Positions 9,403-19,152 of a stretch of DNA of 64,000 nucleotides are shown here, in pieces (within the stretch, counting starts at the first letter, position 1; each line of letters opens with the position of its first letter). Both the position numbers and the translations under genes were made by a program. The stretch lies in contig CAWHAE010000012.1 of the NCBI GenBank assembly GCA_963827235.1, positions 1,376,001-1,440,000 of the forward strand, written 5' to 3'. A model generated the notes under the pieces. The model was not told the DNA's origin. It worked only from the letters and a program-made list of their open reading frames with translations, and made no database searches. The stretch comes from an uncultured bacterium (lineage in GTDB: Bacteria > Chloroflexota > UBA5177 > JANWHV01).

Positions 9403-10030
9403 CCGTCGCCCAGGCGCAGCGGCGCTCGCCACGCCTGCACCGTGGCACTGCTGACCACACGCACCGCAGGCGGGAGCGAGGCGACGACCAGGATCTCCCG
9501 TGCCGCCTCCACCACCCCGTGAGCAAGGCTGCCCCATGCGCTGGTTGCGCCTGGGTGTGGACAAAACTCCCTTGCCTGCACGTGCGTGCACACTGCATGG
9601 ACGGTTGGATGGATTGTGCTCAGAGCGTGTGCACTATCTACGCGTCGTGGTCCCGATCGAGCGCCTCGAGGCCCTCTTTGAGCCCGAGCCCGTCCAGCAG
9701 GACGGTAGGTTCAGGGATGGGCGAAGTGTTTGACATGAGTGCCTGCTGCAATTCTGGAGTGGCCCGGTGCGGAGGAGAGGTGAAGACCTGGTGATGAGAC
9801 GAGCGACTGCTCACTACCGTCGCTGTTCTCTGTGTAGGGTGGGCGATTTCTCGGGCTAGGCAGGTGCGCCGTAAGGTGCACATGCAGGCCAACAAGGCCA
9901 ATCCCGAATCGTGGCTACGTATCGTTGAGGACGGCCGCTGCAATCCTGCGCACACGAATTGGGTCTCGACCGCCCCTCTTCTGCCGACACCGCTCACACC
10001 CTGCTTTCCCTTATCTGAACCGTGTTGGGC

Positions 10031-10727
10031 CTAGGCGCAGGTGTGGGCCTCGTCCACGATCACGAAGCTGGGGCAGGCGCGCACGAAGTCCGCGCGGCGC
10101 ATATCGCTCTTGATGTAGTCGATGCTCACCACGAGGAACGGATAGTGATCGAAGAGGGAGCGATCCTGCGGCATGCCCCGCTCCAGGCGACCGACCGTGC
10201 CGGGCCGCACCACCTCGGCGTCGACGTGGAACTTGGCCACGAGCTCGGCCTGCCATTGCTCGCAGAGATGCGGCAGGCAGAGCACGCAGAGCTGCGAGAT
10301 CTCGCCGCGATCGAGCAGCTCGCGCGCGATCAGCGCCGCCTCGATCGTCTTGCCGATGCCGACGTCGTCGGCGATCAGCAGGCGCACCGGCTCCAGCTTC
10401 AAGGCCATCAGCAGCGGCACGAGCTGATAGGGGCGCGGCTCCACGGCGATGCGCCCCAGCGAGCGGAACGGGCCGGCGCCATGGCGGAAGCCGAGGCGCA
10501 CGGCGTCGCGGAGCAGTGACGAGGCGGTGAAGTCGCCGGCAAATTCGGGATCCGGCGGTCCGAACGTCGCCGGCTGTACGTCCGCGCCCTCCAGGGGCAT
10601 GTACACGCCGGTGACGCGAGCGTCGGTGCCGCCGAGCGGGCGGAGGAACAGCACGTCCTCGTCGTCCTCGTCGGGCGGCAGGACCACCCACTCGTGCCCG
10701 CGCCAGGGAGCCGACCGCGTAGGCCAT
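10031..10727 (-). pseudogene. SNF2 helicase (DISARM DrmD-like), 5' remnant
   Basis: [30 protein letters not shown] then a stop. Frameshift just after MAYAVGSL. Confidence 0.8.
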
Positions 10728-10780
10728 GCGTCACCGCCTCATGAATGCTCTACACCAGATTCCGCGCGACCAGAGCAGAT

Positions 10781-11044
10781 TCACGGTTCATAGATGTCAC
10801 TTCGGTGACGGATGCGTGTGATTTCCACCAGGAGATCATCATCGTCAATGGTGTACACCACGCGGTAGTCCCCCACACGGATGCGCCATACTTTGTCACC
10901 GCCCTTCAGCTTCTTGCACCCTGGCGGCCGCGGATTCTCGGCAAGCACTTCCAGCCGTGGCATGATGCGCGCGACGACGGGACCCGGAAGCTTGTCCAGC
11001 TCCCTGGCGGCACTGGGTTTGACCGCGATCCGGTAGCTAGCCAC
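10781..11044 (-). CDS. RelE/StbE-family toxin
   Basis: ARELDKL...LAENPRPPGCKKLKG...WRIRVGDYRVVY. Confidence 0.9.
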   Translation of the reverse strand: MASYRIAVKPSAARELDKLPGPVVARIMPRLEVLAENPRPPGCKKLKGGDKVWRIRVGDYRVVYTIDDDDLLVEITRIRHRSDIYEP

Positions 11045-11228
11045 GCAGCTTTCCGCGCTTGACGAGGCCGGCTTTCACCTCCTCCAGCGGAATGCCCTGC
11101 TCGTGCTCCCGCGTTTGCGAGACGAGCACATCCTGGATGTCCTCCCAGAGCGTCTTGTGGGTCTTGAGGTCGATAATCACCGCGGTCTTGCGGCCTTGCT
11201 CATCGGTGACAAAGTGGATGCCAGTCAT
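11037..11228 (-). CDS. putative antitoxin
   Basis: 63 aa MTGIHFVTDEQGRKTAVIIDL with AGGGGAG RBS, overlapping the relE start. Confidence 0.75.
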   Translation of the reverse strand: MTGIHFVTDEQGRKTAVIIDLKTHKTLWEDIQDVLVSQTREHEQGIPLEEVKAGLVKRGKLRG

Positions 11229-11459
11229 GTTTCTCCCCTTTTCGGACGTGGGCGGCACGGGGTCGTTGCCGTATGCTACCCCCTGTGGCCGCGCCGGTCA
11301 CTTTCAATCGTGCATGCTGACGTGCTTTATCATACGCCCTTCCGTGGTCGTCACCCGAGGGGCGACGAGCGGCACCGCACAACTCACACTTCGGGCACAC
11401 CGGTAGGTCCCGATGTTTCGTCCAGCCTCCGTCGAGCAACGTATAGGGCAGACACATCA

Positions 11460-11940
11460 TCACGAACCCTGCCCAAAGACCCAGCCATATTCGTGCAGGG
11501 CTTGCGGCCAGGTCTCCTCACCCTGCACGCGAATAACGAGATAGCCAATGTCCTCGAGTTTCCGCGTGATACCGGCATCTCGAGACTGTCGCTCGGGGAA
11601 CTCGTGGTAGGGACCGTCGACGTAGACGCAGGCCTGCCGGTCGGGCGCCGTGTAGGCGAAGTCGGGCCGCGTGCCGGCCTGCGCGATCAGCGGCTGCGCC
11701 TGATCGGGCAGGCGATGGTGGTGCTTGGCGAGATGGAGAAGCAAGCGCCGCTCGAGATCCGATTCGCACCGCGCCAGCAGCAGCTCGAGCTGCCCATCGC
11801 CGCATGGCGGTCTGCATCTCGTGGACCTGGCGCAGCCGTTCCTCCTCGTCCGAGGTGATGCGGTCGACCCGGCGTGTGGACACGTTGTCCAGCTCGAGCA
11901 GGTTGCCCAGGTAGCGACCGCCCGTGAGCAACGGCAAACA
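11460..11940 (-). pseudogene. C-terminal remnants of a DEAD/DEAH (DUF1998-type) helicase with DUF559/Vsr-like tail
   Basis: NVSTRRVDRITSDEEERLRQ in one frame, CESDLERR...RPDFAY...YVDGPYH...GYLVIR in another, consistent with a large internal deletion. Confidence 0.62.
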
Positions 11941-12102
11941 GGGCGATCACGGCCCTGAACCGAAGCCACGGTCAAACCCGCAGGCTTTATCTCAAGTGCA
12001 CCGGCGGAATCACGGGGGTGGGCAAGATGCCCGCGGCCCAGGGCTGGGAGGCATATCGGCAGATGGCGGCGTGGCCTGACTCTAGCCCGGGCGCCGGCCC
12101 GA

Positions 12103-12783
12103 TCATACAGCCGGACTCATGCGTGTGTCACCGTCGTCTGAAACGCGGTGCTCCCGGCCCGGCGCCATGGCAGCGAGCCGCTGGAACGCCTCCGCCGGCG
12201 GCCCATTCAGGAGGCGCAGCTGGATTGCCTCGGCGCACGCCCGTGGACTGAGCAGCGAGGTATCGACCTCCAGATCGTAGATACCCGGCACATGCACCGC
12301 CTCCTGCCACAGGCGAACGGGCCGCGGCACCGCGCCGTCCTCCGCCTCGGCACCCGGCCACGTCGCGCGCCGCCGATTCACGATCACCCCGAGCGGGCAT
12401 CGCACGCCGACGAACAGCACCGGCAGGCCCTCTAGCTGCCGGGCGCAGGCCGGGAGAATCCCGCGCGGCACAGAATAGGCGTCGTGGTGTCCCACGTCGA
12501 CCACGACGTTGAGACCGAGGCGGCTGTGGTGCGCGATGGACGCGTACATGGCGCGATACAGGAGCACGACGAGCGGCTCCAGATCGGGGCGCTCGCCTCC
12601 GGGTCGCAGTCCGATCCCCGGCTGATAGCGCGCGGGTGTCATCTGCATGAAGTGGTCGACGCCAAGGTTCATCCATACGCCGGAAGCGCTCTCCTGGACG
12701 GCGGCGGCGATGCTGGACTTCCCGGAGCGCGGTGCGCCGTTCACGATGACGATCTGCCCCGGGGAATCTGCCGGGTTCATCAC
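12103..12783 (-). CDS. chloramphenicol phosphotransferase (CPT) family kinase
   Basis: IVIVNGAPRSGKSS, GLNVVVD, FVGVRCP, YDLEVDTS. Confidence 0.85.
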   Translation of the reverse strand: MMNPADSPGQIVIVNGAPRSGKSSIAAAVQESASGVWMNLGVDHFMQMTPARYQPGIGLRPGGERPDLEPLVVLLYRAMYASIAHHSRLGLNVVVDVGHHDAYSVPRGILPACARQLEGLPVLFVGVRCPLGVIVNRRRATWPGAEAEDGAVPRPVRLWQEAVHVPGIYDLEVDTSLLSPRACAEAIQLRLLNGPPAEAFQRLAAMAPGREHRVSDDGDTRMSPAV

Positions 12784-12805
12784 TTCCCGCCTTCGCGAGC
12801 TCCGG

Positions 12806-13357
12806 TTATGTCAAAAGCAGCGAATCGTCCGGCCGGGCCGCGTGTTCGCGATTCAGTCGCCAGACGGCGAGGTTCAGCGTTGCCGCAAAGCTCACCCAGA
12901 GCACGTAGGGGAGCAGCAGGATCGCTGCTCCACGAGACACGCGGTACATGGCCCGCACGGTGAGGAGTAGCACAAGCCACAGGCCGGTAATCTCGATGAA
13001 GGCAGAGCGCGGCGACTTGAGGCCGAAGAAGATCCAGGACCAGAGCGTATTGAGCAGAAGTTGCAGCTTGAACAGACGGACGGCGGTGGTTGCCCGTGCG
13101 TCAGAGCGCCGGGTGCGCCGTGTGAGAAACCAGGACACCGCCATCATGAGATAGAGCACGGTCCACACGGGGGCGAAGACCCAGCTGGGTGGCGTAAAGG
13201 CCGGCTTGCGGAGCGTGCTGTACCAGGTGTTGACGGAGCTGCCGGTGATGGCTGCCCCGGCAGCTCCCGCGCCCTCACACACGAGAATACAGGCGATGAG
13301 CGCGCGCACGTCCCGGGGCGTAAACCGGCTTGCGGGATCGCGGCTTTCGTTGTCCAT
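12806..13357 (-). CDS. tspO: TspO/MBR tryptophan-rich sensory protein
   Basis: WYSTLRKPAFTPPSWVFAPVWTVLY, LLLPYVLWVSFAATLN. Confidence 0.9.
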   Translation of the reverse strand: MDNESRDPASRFTPRDVRALIACILVCEGAGAAGAAITGSSVNTWYSTLRKPAFTPPSWVFAPVWTVLYLMMAVSWFLTRRTRRSDARATTAVRLFKLQLLLNTLWSWIFFGLKSPRSAFIEITGLWLVLLLTVRAMYRVSRGAAILLLPYVLWVSFAATLNLAVWRLNREHAARPDDSLLLT

Positions 13358-13851
13358 AGCACCCCGTGCGCGCTGGCGAGAAACGTCGCCTGAGCTCCGG
13401 ACCCTGTCGTGCGAACGACCAAGCGGCTCTACTGGCATTGTAGTGGCTGCAGGCTCACGCGTCCTCGTCACGTGTAGCCAAGTGCCTTCCGTGTGGACCG
13501 TGGGCGGCCCGTGTGATTACCGCTTCATCCGTGGAATAGAATGAGCACGACGCTGATTCTGCTGCCATGCTCAGCGTAGAATGGTGCACGGTTCAAGCGT
13601 AGAAAAAGTACGCTGATCGGGTCTCAAGCGTGGAGACGAGCGCGACCTAGCCGCTGACCTTCAATGGTACGCGAGCGGCGCGAGCCGAAGCCAGCCGCAT
13701 GGGCGGAATCGCGTCCAACAGCCACGAGAGCGTTTCACAGGCCGCTGGAGGGCGGCTCGGGACCGTGGGTCGCCAATACGCTAAGCTATAGCAAGGCTTG
13801 GATTACCATGAGGAGAGTGCGTCGGATGTGCGGTCTACGAGGACTTGGCAA

Positions 13852-14116
13852 GTGATCACCTTTCCCGTCTTCCATCGACTGGACATTGACAAGTACGCCT
13901 TGTTCCCTGGTGGCGACGGGCGGTCATCAGGGCTTCATGTCTACTTCATGTCTGGCATGACCCTGATTCTTGGATCCAATGGTTTGGGCAAGACAACGCT
14001 CATCACAATACTCTATCGCATGCTGACGGGCCCTTTCGACGTCCCGGCGCTCTCTGGTGGGGGTGCAGTGGGAACCAGCAGCCTGGAGCCCAGGCCCTTG
14101 TCTCCATCTGCTCGAA
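13852..14116 (+). pseudogene. SMC/Rad50-like ABC ATPase, 5' part interrupted by the recombinase element
   Basis: Walker A GSNGLGKTT. Joins 17378 in frame once the element is removed. Confidence 0.85.
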
Positions 14117-14690
14117 CCAAGACCAAGCCATTGCAGGGACGCTGCCTAGTGGTGATAAGCTACTGGGCTATACCATAGTCCAATATCCCGGTCATCCCCT
14201 CGCTGGCCGCAGCGTCCCCGTGGTACGGCGCTACGGTCGCCGCGAGCGAGGGCAGTGGGTGATCGAACTGCCGGATGGCAGCCGGCAATACCTTCCCGCC
14301 TCCTGGTGTTCGCCGCTCGTTGCGGCAGAAGGAGCGCTTCCTGTGCCCGCATCGTCCCCGGATGAATCGTCCGATGGTGGTGCCCGTCCGCTGCTGAGCG
14401 TGACCGCGCTGCGTGACCTGGCTGCCCTGGTGCGTCGCCTGCAGGAGGCGGCAGCCCCGCGTGGAGAGGAGCAGGGCGATGCAGGGGACGCAGGAGTGGC
14501 CGTGCCCGGAAGCGAACGAGCGGACGGGCGTGGTGAGCAGCGGGAGCGGGGTGGTGGCGTTGCCGAACTGGGAGAGCTTCCAGGAGGCGGACCGGCGCCA
14601 GCTGGTGCAGACCATCCTGCACGTGGCGCGTCGGCAGGTGGAGCAAGCGGGCCCGGCAGACCGACTCCGCGGAAAGTGAGGCAGCCGTGA
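14116..14690 (+). CDS. DUF5372/Y4bD-like protein whose start codon lies at the element's right end (17364)
   Basis: Frame is open from the left end: TIVQYPGHPLAGRSVPVVRR...ELPDGSRQYLPASW. Its stop overlaps the recombinase start (GTGA). Confidence 0.7.
14479..14679 (+). CDS. small overlapping accessory protein (66 aa)
   Basis: GGAGAGGAG RBS and ATG, then PNWESFQEADRRQLVQTILHVARR amphipathic helix. Confidence 0.5.
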   Translation: MQGTQEWPCPEANERTGVVSSGSGVVALPNWESFQEADRRQLVQTILHVARRQVEQAGPADRLRGK

Positions 14691-16948
14691 GCGCGAACAC
14701 AGCGGCAGGCGCGGTGTGGGACCAGGTGGCGGCAGGTACGGCCGATCCCAAAGTCCGGGCCCAGCACCTGGGCCGCCAGGCGCTGATCTACGTGCGCCAA
14801 TCCAGTCCCAACCAGGTACAACGCCACCCCGAAAGCGCGCGCCGGCAATATGGGTTGGTCGAGCGAGCCGCCCAGTTGGGCTGGCCACGCGATCAGATTG
14901 TGGTCATCGATGAGGACCAGGGCAAGAGCGGCGCGGGCAGCGCCGCCAGCCAGGGTCGTGATGGCTTTGCCCGGCTGGCCGCTGCCGTCAGCCTGGGTGA
15001 GGTCGGCTTAGTGCTGGCGCTGGAGGTGGCCCGGCTGGCGCGCAATTCGGCGGAGTGGTATCGCTTGCTCGAACTCGCCGGCTACAGCGGCACCCTGATC
15101 GCCGACGAGGCGACCGTCTACGATCCTCGGCTCTTCAATGACCGCCTGCTCTTGGGCCTGCGGGGAACGATCAGCGAGGTGGAACTGCATTGCATCCAGG
15201 AGCGCCTCCACGGCGCCCGCATGAGCAAGGCACAGCGCGGAGACTTACCGATCCGCCTGCCTGCTGGCTACCTGGCGGACCACGCCGGCCGCGTCGAACT
15301 CGATCCCGACCAGGAAGTGCAAGGGGCGATACGGACGATCTTCGCCCAATTTGAGGGGCTGGGCACCGTCACCGCCGTGCTGCACTTCTTCACCGCGCAC
15401 GGGCTGCTGGTGCCCCGGCGCCGCTGGCACGCCGAGAGCGGGTCGCAGATCGTGTGGATGCGGCCCAGCTACCAGGCATTGCACACGGTGCTCACCAATC
15501 CCGTCTATGCCGGGGCCTACGTCTACGGGCAGCGCGGACCGGCCGCGGATTTGGGGGCGCCAAAGCGGCGCCACCGGTATGCCGCGGAGGAAGCGGCGGT
15601 GCTGCTGCGCGACCACCACCCCGCGTATATTAGCTGGGAACGCTTTCTCGCCACGCGGGCAACCCTGCAGGACAATGCCAGCCAGTTCCCCGCGAGCAGA
15701 GGCGCACCGCGGCGCGGGCATGGTCTCTTGCAAGGCCTCGTGGTCTGCGGCCGGTGTGGCTGCCGCATGCGGCTGCAGTACGGCGACACCAGCACTGCGT
15801 ACGTCTGCATCACGCGGCATCAACGCTACGGGGAGCCGCTCTGCCAGAGCCTGACCATGGACCACGTCGACCGCGCCGTCAGCGAGGCGTTCCTAGCGGT
15901 CATCGCGCCGGCACAGGTCGCGGCGGCCCTGGCGCTGGCGGAAGACGTGGAGCGCGACCGGGCTGCTGCCCAGCGCCAATGGGAGTTGCGGCTGGAGCGG
16001 GCTCGCTACGAGGCCGAACGGGCCTTCCGGCAGTACGACCTCTGCGAGCCGGAGAACCGGCTGGTGGCGCGGGAGCTGGAAGGGCGCTGGAATGGCACGC
16101 TGCGCGAGGTGAGTGCGCTCGAGGCACAGTACCGGCAGGAGCAGGACCGCAGCCTGGCGCCGCTCACCCCCGCAGAACAGACCGCGATCTGGCAGCTCGT
16201 GGGCGACATGCGTGCCCTCTGGGCGGCAACGCAGACGACCATGGAGGATCGCAAGCGCCTGCTGCGCTGTCTCATCCGCGAGGTGGTGCTTCTGCGCGAC
16301 GACCGGCCCAGAGCGACGGGTGGCCTGACGACCATCCGCATTGGCTGGTGCAGCGGCGCCTGGAGCACCCTGCAGGTGCACCGGCCCGGCAGTGGCGATG
16401 CCGCCAACACGCCGGAGGCCGTCCTGAGCCGGATTCGGGGGCTGGCGCAGGACCATGCCGACGATCAAGTCGCCCGGATCCTGAATGCGGAAGGTCTGCA
16501 AACGCGGCAAGGTCTGCCCTGGACCTACCTGCGGGTGCAGCAGGTCCGCCTGCGCCACCGCATCCCGACCGCCTGTCCGATCGTACCGCGCGACGGCGGC
16601 CCTCGCGGCGATGGTCTGGTGCCGGCGGGTACCGTCGCCGCCCAACTGGGCGTGGCGCGATCGGTGGTGGCGGAGTGGTGCCGGTGCGGCTTTCTGCGCG
16701 CCGAGCAGAAGGCGAGACTGGATCCCCGCTGGATCCAGCTCACCGCGGAGGACCGGGCGCGTCTGGACGGGACGCTGGCCGCGCAGGGCTACGGCCAGTG
16801 GCGGATCCGTGACGCCCAGCAGGTGCTCGGGCTGAACGCCGAGGCGCTGTACGCGCAGGTGCGAGCAGGCCAGCTGGTGGCCTATCGCGCGCACGTCGGG
16901 GCGCACTGGGAGTGGCGGGTCGGTCCGGCCACGCCGCCTGAACCGTAA
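14687..16948 (+). CDS. large serine recombinase (resolvase, recombinase, Zn ribbon, coiled coil, C-terminal HTH extension)
   Basis: IYVRQSS catalytic Ser, DEDQGKSG, RLARN, LTNPVYAG, CGRCG...YVC...LC. 753 aa. Confidence 0.93.
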   Translation: MSANTAAGAVWDQVAAGTADPKVRAQHLGRQALIYVRQSSPNQVQRHPESARRQYGLVERAAQLGWPRDQIVVIDEDQGKSGAGSAASQGRDGFARLAAAVSLGEVGLVLALEVARLARNSAEWYRLLELAGYSGTLIADEATVYDPRLFNDRLLLGLRGTISEVELHCIQERLHGARMSKAQRGDLPIRLPAGYLADHAGRVELDPDQEVQGAIRTIFAQFEGLGTVTAVLHFFTAHGLLVPRRRWHAESGSQIVWMRPSYQALHTVLTNPVYAGAYVYGQRGPAADLGAPKRRHRYAAEEAAVLLRDHHPAYISWERFLATRATLQDNASQFPASRGAPRRGHGLLQGLVVCGRCGCRMRLQYGDTSTAYVCITRHQRYGEPLCQSLTMDHVDRAVSEAFLAVIAPAQVAAALALAEDVERDRAAAQRQWELRLERARYEAERAFRQYDLCEPENRLVARELEGRWNGTLREVSALEAQYRQEQDRSLAPLTPAEQTAIWQLVGDMRALWAATQTTMEDRKRLLRCLIREVVLLRDDRPRATGGLTTIRIGWCSGAWSTLQVHRPGSGDAANTPEAVLSRIRGLAQDHADDQVARILNAEGLQTRQGLPWTYLRVQQVRLRHRIPTACPIVPRDGGPRGDGLVPAGTVAAQLGVARSVVAEWCRCGFLRAEQKARLDPRWIQLTAEDRARLDGTLAAQGYGQWRIRDAQQVLGLNAEALYAQVRAGQLVAYRAHVGAHWEWRVGPATPPEP

Positions 16949-16971
16949 CGTGACGCATCAGGGAGACCGCC

Positions 16972-17295
16972 ATGCCCCAGCCACGCCGCTATCAGGACAA
17001 CGCCGCCAAGCAACGCGCCTACCGCACGCGCCAGGAACAGGCCCGGCGCGAGGAGCAACAGGCCAAGGGACTGCCGCCCGCCCCGCCGTTGCCGACCCTG
17101 CCCAGCCGCGAACGCTGGCAGGCGCTCCTCACCCAGGCGCGGCTGGCCCTAGAAACCGCGCGCGACGAAATGCACGCATATTACGACGACCGGTCCGACG
17201 CCTGGCAGCAGGGCGAGCGTGCGGCGACACTCGCCGAGGAGATCGAGCAGCTGGACGTGATCCTGGAGGAACTTGAGGCAGTGCTATTGCCTTAA
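16972..17295 (+). CDS. small helical protein of the element
   Basis: 107 aa with GGGAG RBS, YQDNAAKQRAYR motif, coiled-coil-like C-terminus. Confidence 0.75.
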   Translation: MPQPRRYQDNAAKQRAYRTRQEQARREEQQAKGLPPAPPLPTLPSRERWQALLTQARLALETARDEMHAYYDDRSDAWQQGERAATLAEEIEQLDVILEELEAVLLP

Positions 17296-17377
17296 ACGCC
17301 CAACGCAGCGGCTGACGTGCCCGCTGATAGGCGGGCACGCCTCATCAAAGGAGATGCATTCGAATGGGCTCACTGAA

Positions 17378-19152
17378 GGTTCTTTGCACAGCGTGTGATG
17401 GACAACGCATACAACGCAACCGCAAAGTTGCACTTCAGCCTCGGTGACCACCGGATCGTTGTTGAGCGACGCCTGCGCGATATGGCTCTAGCCTACTTCG
17501 CAGTCGATGGGCGAGAATGTACAGCGCAGGAAGATGATTACCAGCAGGAAGTCGTGCGTCTGGTCGATGTGTGGTCGTTCGGCGATTGGATTTTGCTGCT
17601 TCGCAGCCTAGTGTTCTACTTCGAGGATCGCCGCGCGCTGGTTTGGGATAAATCCGCACAGCGCCAGGTGCTCCGCACGCTCTTGCTACCTGCAGCCACG
17701 TCTCGCAAGTGGGCAGAGGACGAGCGCTCGGTGCTCGAACTGGATAGTCGTGTTCGAAACTTGAGTGCAGCGTTCTTTCGAGAAGAACAAGACGTGGCCA
17801 GAGAAGAGGGCAAGACGGCTGCTGGCGCAGCCGTCATCGCCGAGTTGAAGACGTTGGAGCCGCTCCAGCAAGCAGATGAAGCGAAGCTTGAGGAGTTCAA
17901 TTCGAGGCTTGTCAGCCTTGATGCCGATCGACACCAAGGTCGCCTACGCGTTCTCAAGGCCGAACAAGAACGTGAGAGCCAATACCGCGAGATTGAGCAC
18001 GCCAGACTGACAGCACTCGATGCGAGTTTCCCTAGCAAGTCGGACACGGCTAGGTACATCCTCGCCCAACTCCTATCTGATTAGCACTGTCTGGTTTGTG
18101 GTCACCACGTCCCAGCGGTGGCAGATCTCCTAGAGGAGCGCATCTCAGAGGAGCGTTGCGTGGTTTGTGGCTCTGACTTGTCACAAGAGGAGGCGGACCG
18201 GCCCACCTCGGCAAGCAAAGTCGCGGATCGCCGCGTGAAAGTTGTGACCGGCGGGTTGGCCCCGATTGAGGCCGAGGTAGCCGGCGCTCGTGAACAACTC
18301 GCGGCAGCGGAACAGCACTATGACGGGTGCCTGCGTGAAGTTAGGCGCCTGAACGATTCGGTCATCGCGAGGTCAGCGCGGATGGACGAGTTGATCAAGC
18401 AGCTGCCTCCCGGGGAGGCTCAGCTACATAGGGCCCGACAGGGCCTCGCGCTCCTCCGGGGCCGGCTCGACGAACTCCGCGCGGATCTCGTGCGGCAGCG
18501 TCACGAATTCGAGGCGTTCGTAGCTGACGAGCAGAGAGGGATGGCAGTAAGCTCCGAGCGCATACCGGCCGCGTTCGCTGACTACGCGAAGGAGTTCTTG
18601 TTCGAAGACTCAGAACTCACCTGGTCGCCTCAGCGCGCACAAGTGGGCCAGACGGGCAATGCCGTGGTATATCCGGCCTTTGAGCTTGAGATGACTGGCG
18701 CATCCTTCCCGACGCCTATTCGACGCAGCGGACCAGACGAGGTCTCTGAGAGTCAACGCGAGTTCATCGATCTAGCCTTCCGCATGGCGCTCATTGACGT
18801 CATCGGCGCCGACAGAGTGGGAAGCATAGTCATTGATGCACCGGAAACCTCGCTCGATGCTCTGTTCGTGTCCCGAGCTGCTGGCGTACTGGCCCGATTC
18901 GCGGAACCGGCTCGCGGCAATCGGCTGATTATCACGTCGAACCTGATCGAAGGCCAGTTGATTCCAACACTCCTGAGGCTAGCCTCGACGCCTGATGATC
19001 GCTCGAAACGGCTGGTGAACCTGTTTAAGCTTGCCGCGCCGACGGCAGCGGTCCGCGCATTCGGGGACAGATACGATTCTATTCTGCAGGCTATGCTCGC
19101 GCAGGTTGACAGTGGAGGAGAAGCCCTCAACTCGGCGGAGCCTGTACAATGA
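17378..19152 (+). pseudogene. SMC/Rad50-like ATPase, 3' part with in-frame TAG at 18082
   Basis: Coiled coils, CLVC...CVVC hook, signature-like VSESQREF, Walker B IVIDAPETSLD. ORFs 17395 and 18118 share one frame. Confidence 0.85.

Larger units (their letters stand above)
14114..17377 (+). mobile_element. minimal integrative element encoding a large serine recombinase (predicted 3261-bp circle)
   Basis: GAA at both ends (14114-16, 17375-77). Removal restores GCT CGA AGG TTC TTT (ARRFF) in the ATPase. The joined ends form an imperfect palindrome about GA. Confidence 0.88.

Noticed and set aside
9420-10020. Short ORFs between the HTH antitoxin and the SNF2 remnant
   Set aside because: No convincing family motifs, likely decayed sequence.
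12103-12783. Chloramphenicol resistance claim
   Set aside because: The CPT family is broad and the substrate cannot be inferred from motifs.
13664-13855. 63-aa ORF overlapping the ATPase start (GTGA)
   Set aside because: No recognisable motif or RBS.
17364-17447. Idea that the right-end ATG restarts the split ATPase
   Set aside because: It is out of frame with the ATPase and stops after about 27 codons in the integrated state.
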